Shown: positions 21,771 to 30,082 of the stretch, piece after piece
Numbering within the stretch: position 1 is the stretch's first letter
How the letters are laid out: every line of letters starts with the position of its first letter
NCBI GenBank assembly: GCA_044226015.1
Contig: JBGAHS010000003.1
Coordinates: forward strand, 672,001 to 736,000
Length of the DNA: 64,000 nt
Source of the DNA: Candidatus Obscuribacteraceae bacterium
GTDB taxonomy: Bacteria > Cyanobacteriota > Vampirovibrionia > Obscuribacterales > Obscuribacteraceae
Reading direction: 5' to 3'
The notes under the pieces: generated by a model
What the model saw: only the letters and a program-made list of their open reading frames with translations
The model's database searches: none
Told to the model about the DNA's origin: nothing
Program-made: the position numbers and the translations under genes

Positions 21771-21956
21771 ATGCTCACAACCATCGCAACTCTGGCTTTC
21801 GGTGCCCTTTTCGGCATCGTCCTCGCGAAGAAGACCGCGGCTTGCTGCAGCACGCCCGACGGACAGAAGTTCAAGTTCGCGAACTTCTTCTCTGGCGGCT
21901 GCAAGTGCAAGTCATCTCCCGGCTCGCCTTGCCGCTGCGGTGACTGCAGCTGCTGA
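21771..21956 (+). CDS. 61-aa membrane-anchored Cys-rich, metallothionein-like peptide
   Basis: AAAGGA RBS before ATG 21771. N-terminal TM helix, then CC and CKC...CRCGDCSC (8 Cys). Terminator follows. Confidence 0.65.
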   Translation: MLTTIATLAFGALFGIVLAKKTAACCSTPDGQKFKFANFFSGGCKCKSSPGSPCRCGDCSC

Positions 21957-21977
21957 TGCGGCTGAATGAATAAAGCC

Positions 21978-22014
21978 AAGCAGTCTCGCTTCATAGCAGG
22001 CGAGACTGCTTTTT
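21978..22014 (+). terminator. intrinsic terminator
   Basis: Stem AAGCAGTCTCGC / GCGAGACTGCTT followed by T-tract. Confidence 0.65.
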
Positions 22015-22041
22015 CGCAAGAACTCAGGAAGGATTCCTCAG

Positions 22042-22506
22042 ATGACTGACAACACCGACACCACATCCGATACCAAGACTCTCGCTCAACTCATCGAGTT
22101 CGCTCGAGAGTCAGGTCGCCACATTCGCGCTCAAGCTACCAGGACGGGCTATGCCAGCATCGTCGAGATGGAGCAGCGTGAAGGCGACGCCGGCATGTGT
22201 GCCATTCGCGCGCAGGCTACGATTGCCCAGGTGCCGCTTCTGGTAGCACGGGCGATCGCCTGCTCGTGGGAGCAGCAGATCGAGGTTCCTGTCATGGTGC
22301 TGAACCAGGCGGACTTTCCCGGTCCGAGCTGTCGTTCGCCGCACACCATGGCGCCCTCCATGCTGACTCCGTCGCAACTCGGCTCGGCCGGCAAGGTGGT
22401 CTTCGACTATCTGGCCGCTGAGGGCATGGAGCCGCGCCTCAAGTACGTCTATGACGGCATGACGCGGACCTTCACCCTGCAGATCGCAATTCCGATCAGC
22501 TTCTGA
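22042..22506 (+). CDS. hypothetical protein
   Basis: AAGGA RBS, GC3 bias, terminator follows. Confidence 0.65.
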   Translation: MTDNTDTTSDTKTLAQLIEFARESGRHIRAQATRTGYASIVEMEQREGDAGMCAIRAQATIAQVPLLVARAIACSWEQQIEVPVMVLNQADFPGPSCRSPHTMAPSMLTPSQLGSAGKVVFDYLAAEGMEPRLKYVYDGMTRTFTLQIAIPISF

Positions 22507-22512
22507 TTTCCT

Positions 22513-22557
22513 GGAAGAAGGCGGCTCTCACGAGTCGCCTTCTTCCTCTTCTTTTTT
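22513..22557 (+). terminator. intrinsic terminator
   Basis: GGAAGAAGGCGGCTC-TCAC-GAGTCGCCTTCTTCC followed by a pyrimidine/T tract. Confidence 0.7.
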
Positions 22558-23175
22558 ACTTTTAAACCGCTTTTTGAAACCCGGTTTACGCTGTACGCAC
22601 GCTTTTTTGTATCAGTTGTCTTCGGTTCGACAAAAGTTGCTGCTACCACCAATAACACCATAACCTCACAGCAGCGATTACCAGAAATGGTACGCAAAAC
22701 TGTCACCTCAGCAGCAAACATTAACCAGTAAGGCACTGGGAAATTCCACCAACTTTTCCATTTTAAAGTGCCGCAAAGATCTGTAATCTTGTAAACAACT
22801 GCTTATTACCTATTTGCTAATCAGAGCAAGAAAAAACCGAAAACGGCTTAATACCATACGTCACGCCCAAGTGTTCGATATGCCATGTGCAAGCTGGGCC
22901 AGGAATACTTAGGCTACAAAAAAACTAAGAGCCGCAGCATATACCGCATAAAGTCACGCTTTCCGGTGCCGCCAGAGCGCAGCTGCATTTGACTGAGGCA
23001 ACGCAATCATAATAAACCATGACTGTCTCTCTCATTTCGTTCAGCATCAGGTCCCTCCAAACAGACCGTCCTACCACAAAAAACGAAGCGACCTCATGCC
23101 TACGCCGTGTGAGAGATAGACAGCCATGTTCGCGTTCGGACAGTTCAACCCCCAACTCCGCAACAGGAGAGCACT

Positions 23176-23259
23176 ATGCCCAACAACAACCAGACCACCG
23201 TCCTCATCTACATCGCGCTGATGTTCCTCTTCATCTTCGCGATGTCCGGTCACCACTGA
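23176..23259 (+). CDS. 27-aa hydrophobic micropeptide, copy 1 (MPNNNQTTVLIYIALMFLFIFAMSGHH)
   Basis: CAGGAG RBS, ATG..TGA in frame, single TM-length hydrophobic stretch, GC3-biased codons. Confidence 0.75.
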   Translation: MPNNNQTTVLIYIALMFLFIFAMSGHH

Positions 23260-23320
23260 CCGCCGGCCACTCGCAATTCGGCGAGCAGTCCATCCACCCG
23301 CTCCGCAACAGGAGAGCACT

Positions 23321-23404
23321 ATGCCCAACGGCAATCAGGTCTACGTCCTCATCTACATCGCCATGATGTTCCTCTTCATCTTCGCGATGTCCGGTCACCA
23401 CTGA
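23321..23404 (+). CDS. 27-aa hydrophobic micropeptide, copy 2 (MPNGNQVYVLIYIAMMFLFIFAMSGHH)
   Basis: CAGGAG RBS; frame and length conserved with copy 1. Confidence 0.75.
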   Translation: MPNGNQVYVLIYIAMMFLFIFAMSGHH

Positions 23405-23469
23405 CCGCCGGCCCGCTCGCAATTCGGCGAGCTAGCCACCATCCACCCACTCCGCAACAGGAGATCACC

Positions 23470-23553
23470 ATGCCCAACGGCAACCAGGTCTACGTCCTCA
23501 TCTACATCGCCATGATGTTCCTCTTCATCTTCGCGATGTCCGGTCACCACTGA
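23470..23553 (+). CDS. 27-aa hydrophobic micropeptide, copy 3 (same peptide as copy 2)
   Basis: CAGGAG RBS; differs from copy 2 only by a synonymous AAT/AAC change. Confidence 0.75.
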   Translation: MPNGNQVYVLIYIAMMFLFIFAMSGHH

Positions 23554-24435
23554 CCGTCGACAGACTACTCAGTCTTCATTGACTGAGTGAGGATTCTTCC
23601 TGTTCACGTTTCAACCAGACCGGGATGAAGCGGAAAGGGTGCTTAACAGCACCCTTTCTTGCTTCCGAGCGTTAGTGTCTTTATGAATCAGTAAACCGTC
23701 GCTGAGATTTTACATTTTTTTCGCCACTTTTTTGTCCTTTTCGCCGCTGTTTGGTACCATGCGGCGCCATGAGGATCGTATTTCCAAGGCAAATAAAGTC
23801 GACGGCCAATTTCATTGAGCCAGTCCAATTTCTTTTTGCATTTTAAATCGCAAATTGGCGAGTACTGTTTTTGAATTTACTCTGTTCCAAACCACGCATA
23901 GCATGCCGACTCATTCTCTATTCCGGAATAGACAGCTGCATATAAACAAGCTGATTGCCAAATCAACCAACAGCAAATTTAGCAGTCAGAACTACAATTA
24001 CCCACAGTTGTCTGCAAGAGGATCCACACCCTAGCAAGGCCCTGCTAAGCAACGAAATGTGACAATGCTTCTATTCGTTGAATGCGCATTGCACCAGCGC
24101 GCAAGACGCCTTAGGGTAATAATAACCTTTCACTGTACGTAGCACTCCCGAATTTTCCAGAAACAACGACCTGATATCACAAACCAGCACATTGATGTGA
24201 CAACACCACATCTGGTATCAGTCGTCTGGCGTGCAGGAGGAAGGCTTGAGTCATACCCGCACGACCGGCATGTCCGCTCGATGACGGCACTTTGGCGCAA
24301 ATAGCAGTTAAACGCGACAGGCTTCGGCTTGCCGCTAAACAGGGCTATTTGCGATGCTGCGTTTGAAAGAGCAAATACAGACAGTCCTGCTTGGCACCAG
24401 AAAGACCTGTCGCTTCAAATGCGAAGGGTCTAAAA

Positions 24436-25119
24436 ATGTCTAAGCAGTGCCACAGCAATTCCAAGAAGGTCTTCACCGTTTACCTGGCTGGTGACCTTTG
24501 GACTCACAAGGATCTCGTTGGAAACGCGATTCTTGCGGAATACATCAACAAAGTCTCTCGCGGTCGATACCAGTGCGTCCTTCCTCAGGATCTCGAAGAG
24601 CCCGTCCACAGAACGGTTGACATCAGGAATGTCGACTTGAAACACGTCCTCACTTCGGACATGGCTATCTTCAATTTCGACGGCTCCTATCTTGATTCAG
24701 GAACGGTCGTAGAGTTCATCTACGCCAAGATGCTCGACATTCCGTCGGTGATTTTGCGCACCGATTTCAGAGCATCAGGTGAAGGTAGCAAGGACCAGGA
24801 CCCCTGGAACCTGATGGCCTCTAACTGGCCTCGCGCCAAAGTTTTGTGCCTGCATGGCATGGCCGAGTACCAGAAGGTCAGAAAGGCGGGTCCCCTTGCA
24901 AAAACGTTGAAGCTTCTCTACACAAGCCTTGCCAAAAATCTCATCGAAAAGCTCGATGAAGCTCGTGCCGAAACGCCTCTTATTGCTGACCCCAGGAAGA
25001 TGGCTATGATCTACGATTGGGCTGTGAACTGCCCCGGCGCAGGCTACAGCGACCTTTTCGAAGGTGAACAAATTGAGACGATCCTGAAAGACAAGTCCAA
25101 GAAAGGCTTGCTCGCCTGA
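24436..25119 (+). CDS. nucleoside 2-deoxyribosyltransferase / Rcl-like family protein
   Basis: VYLAG, PQD and FDG-x3-DSGTVVEF-x-YA motifs, then IP...LRTDFR and PWNLM. Confidence 0.85.
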   Translation: MSKQCHSNSKKVFTVYLAGDLWTHKDLVGNAILAEYINKVSRGRYQCVLPQDLEEPVHRTVDIRNVDLKHVLTSDMAIFNFDGSYLDSGTVVEFIYAKMLDIPSVILRTDFRASGEGSKDQDPWNLMASNWPRAKVLCLHGMAEYQKVRKAGPLAKTLKLLYTSLAKNLIEKLDEARAETPLIADPRKMAMIYDWAVNCPGAGYSDLFEGEQIETILKDKSKKGLLA

Positions 25120-25192
25120 CGTGGACATCACTAAAGGAAATGAACAGGGGGCGGTGATACTCACCGCTCCCACAAAGATAAAGAGAACGCCT

Positions 25193-26020
25193 ATGCTTGA
25201 AAAAAGCACATGCCCCCCGCTGCCATCAGCTCTCGTCCATGACAGCTGGGGTGCTTACCTGCAGCGCACTTCAGTCTCAGACGCAGGCGACCCCCAACAG
25301 AGGGAAGATCTGAAGAGCTGCTGGTTTCGCCTGAACCGAATTCTGCCGCCCAACGATCGACTGTTCAGGCAGCTTCATGCCGCTTGCGAAGCCACTCAAC
25401 TCATCGATGGGTTGCCACGCCACGACGCAGAAATCAGCGAAGAAGATATCGCGCGGATCGCTGCCATCCATTTCCTTCGGGAAACTCCGCATGCTGTGTT
25501 TTCAGTTGCGCAAGAGCTGAAACACATCAACGAATGTGCGGCACGCGCAGTCACCAAGATTACAGGTGTTTTGCGTGGTCAGAAGAAGGCGCTTCTGTCT
25601 GATCGCCTGACTCGGCTGTCCGACGAAATCGAAGAGCTCGAGGCGCTGTTCAAAGCAGAACAGGCGGAACAAGCCATTCTTCCGCGCCAGCCCTATCAGC
25701 TGCGACAGCTCATTTTGGCAGAGCTGGTGATTAGCATCGAAGCGATGCTGAGTGAGCTGACTCCGCTCCGGCAGGCTCTGCATGGCAGTAGCTATGCGCT
25801 TGGCGAGACGATTCGCTGCCACGAAGCAAGGTTGTTTTGGTGGCGGCGCAAAATCAAGAAGCTCCGCGACAATCCCAGTCAACGCCAGACCGCAACTCTT
25901 CTGGCAGCGAAGGAAGAACTTACAGTGATTTGCCGGGACTTCGCGGCTCTGAAAGATCGCTGTTTCCACGACTGCAAAGAATTCGGATACGCGTTCTTCG
26001 ACCGCGGCGGCCCAAGGTGA
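25193..26020 (+). CDS. hypothetical helical protein
   Basis: Long ORF following the NDT gene, start uncertain (GTG 25121 is the alternative). Long hairpin at 26023-26070 follows. Confidence 0.6.
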   Translation: MLEKSTCPPLPSALVHDSWGAYLQRTSVSDAGDPQQREDLKSCWFRLNRILPPNDRLFRQLHAACEATQLIDGLPRHDAEISEEDIARIAAIHFLRETPHAVFSVAQELKHINECAARAVTKITGVLRGQKKALLSDRLTRLSDEIEELEALFKAEQAEQAILPRQPYQLRQLILAELVISIEAMLSELTPLRQALHGSSYALGETIRCHEARLFWWRRKIKKLRDNPSQRQTATLLAAKEELTVICRDFAALKDRCFHDCKEFGYAFFDRGGPR

Positions 26021-26681
26021 GCAGCAAGAAAGAATGTGGAGCGAGGCAACTCGTTCCGCATTCTTTCTGCCATCTCCTGCCCTTTTGGCATTTTAAATCT
26101 ACCTTTTGCAATTTCATGCCACTAAAGCACCAAATTCTGGTACTCAAATCAGCTACAAAAGCGAGAACTCAACACTTCAATCGAAGCCAGAGAATTTCAC
26201 AGCACTTTTTGACTTTTAAAATACAAAAAGCCAGGCAAATTTACGCCCTGTTTAAAGTCCACCTTACACAGTCACAAGCGGTATTTGCCAAATTCTTCCT
26301 CAAGCTTATCCCTCTCACTCACTTCGGCTATGGCTCCTGCCGTGCAGGCTGTCAGGGCGCAAATCGTGAGCACAGCCAATCGATTAAGCATTTTCAAAAT
26401 CCTCTAGTAGTAAGATTCCTTGTTTGCAAAATTTGCCTGAACACTCTAACAGCTGAATAGTTGCCCTAAAAATCATCGCGACTTTTTGCATTTTAAAAGT
26501 CAAAAAGTACAAAAGTAAGTTGGAAAAAGGCATTTAAAAGTCAAAAAGCGGCATGAAGCAAGAATGCTCCACACCGCTCTTAGATAGCAAATCACCCAGG
26601 AGGGTGCGACTGATGATTCAGTGCACCACTCCTGGATGACCGCTAGTCAGGCGAGCCAGTTCAGGCGCCGGCGAAGAAGGG

Positions 26682-27407
26682 TTACTTCTTCTCCGACTCC
26701 TTCTTCAGCTCGTCGAGCGCGTCCTGACCTTCCTTCTTCTTCTTCTCTTCCTCGAGGCGGTCCTTGGCGCTGTCCTTGTCCATGTCGCGCTTGGCGCGCT
26801 CCTTCTCCAGCTCTTCGTCGATCTGCTTGTCGGCGTCGGCGAAGCCGCCCATGCCGTCCTGGATCTCCTTCAGCTGGTCGCGGACCTCGTTCTCGATGCG
26901 CAGCGCCGCCGTCAGCTCGACCTTGCCTTCGTTGGTCTGGATCTGGTCGGCAGCCTTGGACAGCAGCTCCGCCGTCGAAGCCAGCGCCTTGCGCGATTCC
27001 TCGGCCGACGCGTTGAACTCGGCGACGGTCTTCTTGTAGTTCTCGACCTTCGCGGCGGCGGCCTTCCAGTCGCGGGCGAGCGACTGCTGGTCGGCCTCGC
27101 TCATGTTCATCTTGACGGCGTCGAGCGCGCGCTGCTTGGCGGCGTCGGAAGCTTCCTGCAGCTTGTCGAGCTGCTTCTTCGCTTCGACCGACTTGGCGAT
27201 GGACGACGCGACCGAGTCACGCTGCTTCTTCGAGAGCGCCACGAGCTGGGCGTACTGCTGCTTCTGCTTCTCCAGCGGCGTGGTCGAGCCCTTCACGAGC
27301 TTGTTCCACCAGATGCTGATCGCATCGCGGGTCGGCTTGTGGAAAACGGCAACGCCCACGGCGAGAGCAGCGGCGCCAGCGATGATGAGGTTCGTGTCGA
27401 TGACCAT
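26682..27407 (-). CDS. PspA/IM30-like coiled-coil protein with N-terminal TM helix, copy 1 (241 aa)
   Basis: AAGGAG RBS before ATG 27407. TM helix, amphipathic helix, TTP hinge, long coiled coil with ALDA...LA, and C-terminal LDELKK, matching the PspA layout. Confidence 0.7.
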   Translation of the reverse strand: MVIDTNLIIAGAAALAVGVAVFHKPTRDAISIWWNKLVKGSTTPLEKQKQQYAQLVALSKKQRDSVASSIAKSVEAKKQLDKLQEASDAAKQRALDAVKMNMSEADQQSLARDWKAAAAKVENYKKTVAEFNASAEESRKALASTAELLSKAADQIQTNEGKVELTAALRIENEVRDQLKEIQDGMGGFADADKQIDEELEKERAKRDMDKDSAKDRLEEEKKKKEGQDALDELKKESEKK

Positions 27408-27525
27408 ACGTATTCTCCTTCGTGCAGTGTTCTGCAAAAATTGATGCCCGAATTTGTTGAGCGCGTGAGCAAGGTCCGCGCTGTAAGCAGGAACGGCACA
27501 AGCACCCGGCGGAAGCCGAGCGACT

Positions 27526-27600
27526 CATGCCACTACAAATGGTGTCGTTCCATCTGCAGTAGAAACCTCTCCGTAAGGAGAAAAGGTTTCTGCCGCAGAC
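27526..27600 (-). promoter_or_regulatory. conserved structured leader element upstream of PspA-like copy 1
   Basis: Minus strand reads GTCTGCGGCAG-[hairpin]-CTACTGCAGATGG-loop-CCATTTGTAGTGG. A homologous element lies at 28574-28656. Confidence 0.5.
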
Positions 27601-27693
27601 TGACGCTCAGGGTGGCAGCCTGGCAATGCCAAACTGCCACCCCTTGCGTTTTAGTCAGAACTCAGCGAGTCGAGTCCAGCCGGCGAAGAAGGG

Positions 27694-28419
27694 TTACTTC
27701 TTCTCGCCTTCCTTCTTCAGCTCGTCGAGCGCGTCCTGGCCGTCCTTCTTCTTCTTCTCGTCTTCGAGGCGGTCCTTGGCGCTGTCCTTGTCCATGTCGC
27801 GCTTGGCGCGCTCCTTCTCCAGCTCTTCGTCGATCTGCTTCTCGGCATCGTTGAAGCCGCCCATGCCGTCCTGGATCTCCTTGAGCTGGTCGCGGACCTG
27901 GTTCTCGATGCGCAGGGCCTCGGTCAGTTCGACCTTGCCTTCGTTCGTCTGGATCTGGTCGGCGGCCTGCTGCAGCAGCTGGGCGGTGGCGACGAGAGCC
28001 TTGCGGGCTTCGTCGGCCGACGCGTTGAACTCGGCGACGGTCTTCTTGTAGTTCTCGACCTTCGCGGCCGCGGCCTTCCAGTCGCGGGCGAGCGACTGCT
28101 GGTCAGCCTCGCTCATGTTCAGGCGGACGGCGTCGAGCGCGCGCTGCTTGGCGGCGTCGGACTCCTCCTGCAGCTTGTCGAAGCGCTTCTTCGCCACGAC
28201 CGACTTGGCGATCGAGCTGGCGACGTTGTCGCGCTGCTTCTTCGAGAGGACCACCAGCTCCTGGTAGCGCTTCTTCTGCTTCTCGAGCGGCGTGGTGGCG
28301 CCGTTGATGAGCTTGTTGTACCAGATGCTGATCGCGTCGCGCGTCGGCTTGTGGAAGATGGCCACGCCAACGGCGAGAGCAGCGGCGCCAGCGATGATGA
28401 GGTTCGTGTCGATAACCAT
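27694..28419 (-). CDS. PspA/IM30-like coiled-coil protein, copy 2 (241 aa, more diverged)
   Basis: AAGGAG RBS before ATG 28419; collinear paralog of copies 1 and 3. Confidence 0.7.
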   Translation of the reverse strand: MVIDTNLIIAGAAALAVGVAIFHKPTRDAISIWYNKLINGATTPLEKQKKRYQELVVLSKKQRDNVASSIAKSVVAKKRFDKLQEESDAAKQRALDAVRLNMSEADQQSLARDWKAAAAKVENYKKTVAEFNASADEARKALVATAQLLQQAADQIQTNEGKVELTEALRIENQVRDQLKEIQDGMGGFNDAEKQIDEELEKERAKRDMDKDSAKDRLEDEKKKKDGQDALDELKKEGEKK

Positions 28420-28573
28420 AGTCAAATTCTCCTTAGTGCAGCGTTGTAGCTGCGGTTTGGTGCTGTCCATTGTTTGCGAAAGCGCGTGGACAGCGAGGCG
28501 CGCTGTGAACAGAAACGACATTGCATCCGGTCTTGCATCCTTTGCCGAAGCAGCGGAAACCAGTCCAGAAGCA

Positions 28574-28656
28574 CATGACACTACAGACAGTGGCGACCAT
28601 CTGCAGTAGGAGTTGCTAGCACCCGTTATGGATTGCTAACAACCACTGCCGCAGAC
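28574..28656 (-). promoter_or_regulatory. conserved structured leader element upstream of PspA-like copy 2
   Basis: Same GTCTGCGGCAG and CTACTGCAGATGG segments. The inner hairpin differs in sequence but still pairs. Confidence 0.5.
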
Positions 28657-28706
28657 GAGACGGCAGCCCAGATAAATCTGAGCTACCGCCCGCCTTCAGA
28701 ACGACT

Positions 28707-29054
28707 TCAGTTCTTGACGAACAGGCGTCCGACCATCGCCGCGATGAACAGGCTCATGCTGGCACCGTAAGTGCCCTGCAGGATGAACATCGGAATGGTG
28801 GCGCCGGCGTACCAGAGACCGCCAAGAACAGCAGCAACGAGCAGCGCCGGAACCAGCCGCTTCAGAGCCTCGCTGCCGGACGGACCAGCGTAGAGGTAGA
28901 GCGAAAAGTAGGCGCTGACCAGCAGTCCAACAGCCGCACCAGCCGCACCGCTGACGTAGTCAACGGTCGGACCAAGGCTGAAGAGAAAGCCAGTGATGAC
29001 GCCCGACACCATCCACGTGGTGGCAATCGGGTTATTCTTGATCCACTGAATCAT
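28707..29054 (-). CDS. small membrane protein (about 4 TM) inside the PspA-like cluster
   Basis: AAGGA RBS; four hydrophobic segments. Confidence 0.7.
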   Translation of the reverse strand: MIQWIKNNPIATTWMVSGVITGFLFSLGPTVDYVSGAAGAAVGLLVSAYFSLYLYAGPSGSEALKRLVPALLVAAVLGGLWYAGATIPMFILQGTYGASMSLFIAAMVGRLFVKN

Positions 29055-29173
29055 GGATAAGCAGTCCTTTCTTTGCTTTGAGATTTGTTGTTCAACGAAA
29101 ACACCCGAGAGTGCGATGATTGCTCACCAACACTCCCGGGTGTGACGTCAGTTCAGGCGCCGGCGAAGAAGGG

Positions 29174-29899
29174 TTACTTCTTCTCCGACTCCTTCTTCAG
29201 CTCGTCGAGCGCGTCCTGACCTTCCTTCTTCTTCTTCTCTTCCTCGAGGCGGTCCTTGGCGCTGTCCTTGTCCATGTCGCGCTTGGCGCGCTCCTTCTCC
29301 AGCTCTTCGTCGATCTGCTTGTCGGCGTCGGCGAAGCCGCCCATGCCGTCCTGGATCTCCTTCAGCTGGTCGCGGACCTCGTTCTCGATGCGCAGCGCCG
29401 CCGTCAGCTCGACCTTGCCCTCGTTCGTCTGGATCTGGTCGGCAGCCTTGGACAGCAGCTCAGCCGTCGAAGCCAGCGCCTTGCGCGACTCCTCGGCCGA
29501 CGCGTTGAACTCGGCGACGGTCTTCTTGTAGTTCTCGACCTTCGCGGCCGCGGCCTTCCAGTCGCGGGCGAGCGACTGCTGGTCGGCCTCGCTCATGTTC
29601 ATCTTGACGGCATCGAGCGCGCGCTGCTTGGCGGCGTCGGACTCCTCCTGCAGCTTGTCGAGGTGCTTCTTCGCTCCGACCGACTTGGCGATGGACGACG
29701 CGACCGAGTCACGCTGCTTCTTCGAGAGCGCCACGAGCTGCGCGTACTGCTGCTTCTGCTTCTCGAGCGGCGTGGTCGAGCCCTTCACGAGCTTGTTCCA
29801 CCAGATGCTGATCGCATCGCGGGTCGGCTTGTGGAAGACGGCGACGCCCACGGCGAGGGCAGCAGCACCAGCGATGATGAGGTTGATGTCGATGGTCAT
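29174..29899 (-). CDS. PspA/IM30-like coiled-coil protein, copy 3 (241 aa)
   Basis: GGAG RBS. Differs from copy 1 at 5 residues by my count. Confidence 0.7.
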   Translation of the reverse strand: MTIDINLIIAGAAALAVGVAVFHKPTRDAISIWWNKLVKGSTTPLEKQKQQYAQLVALSKKQRDSVASSIAKSVGAKKHLDKLQEESDAAKQRALDAVKMNMSEADQQSLARDWKAAAAKVENYKKTVAEFNASAEESRKALASTAELLSKAADQIQTNEGKVELTAALRIENEVRDQLKEIQDGMGGFADADKQIDEELEKERAKRDMDKDSAKDRLEEEKKKKEGQDALDELKKESEKK

Positions 29900-30082
29900 A
29901 GTGATTTCTCCAGTTTGTGCAGCGTTCTAAGCTGCGGATTGTGAATGGGTTGAGAAACTCTCGCGTCTTCTTCACAGAAGTCGCGAATGCAATTCATTAG
30001 AGGAAGGGAAATGCCGTGCGTGTTTCTCAGATGAGTGCGAACACTCACCCGATAGCACGCACGGCATGACTGCGACTTCTAC

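Larger units (their letters stand above)
23156..23556 (+). repeat. tandem direct repeat, 3 units (periods 145 and 149 nt), each encoding a micropeptide
   Basis: CTCCGCAACAGGAGA at 23156, 23301 and 23450. Near-identical ATGTTCCTCTTCATCTTCGCGATGTCCGGTCACCACTGACCG in all three units. Confidence 0.95.

Noticed and set aside
23019..23422. ORF-track ORFs 23019-23366 (+), 23071-23334 (-) and 23231-23422 (-)
   Set aside because: They cross repeat units in changing frames and lack an RBS. The 27-aa RBS-led ORFs explain the repeat better.
23156..23556. CRISPR array interpretation of the tandem repeat
   Set aside because: Units are about 145-149 nt and nearly identical throughout, with no unique spacers. 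They contain RBS+ORF, and no cas genes are present.
24194..24212. CRP-like box GATGTGACAACACCACATC
   Set aside because: Spacing is one base short of TGTGA-N6-TCACA and the right half-site is imperfect.
25837..26460. 207-aa plus-strand ORF, likewise 52294-52686 and 35967-36584
   Set aside because: They overlap real genes or run through terminators and AT-rich intergenic DNA, with non-protein-like composition.
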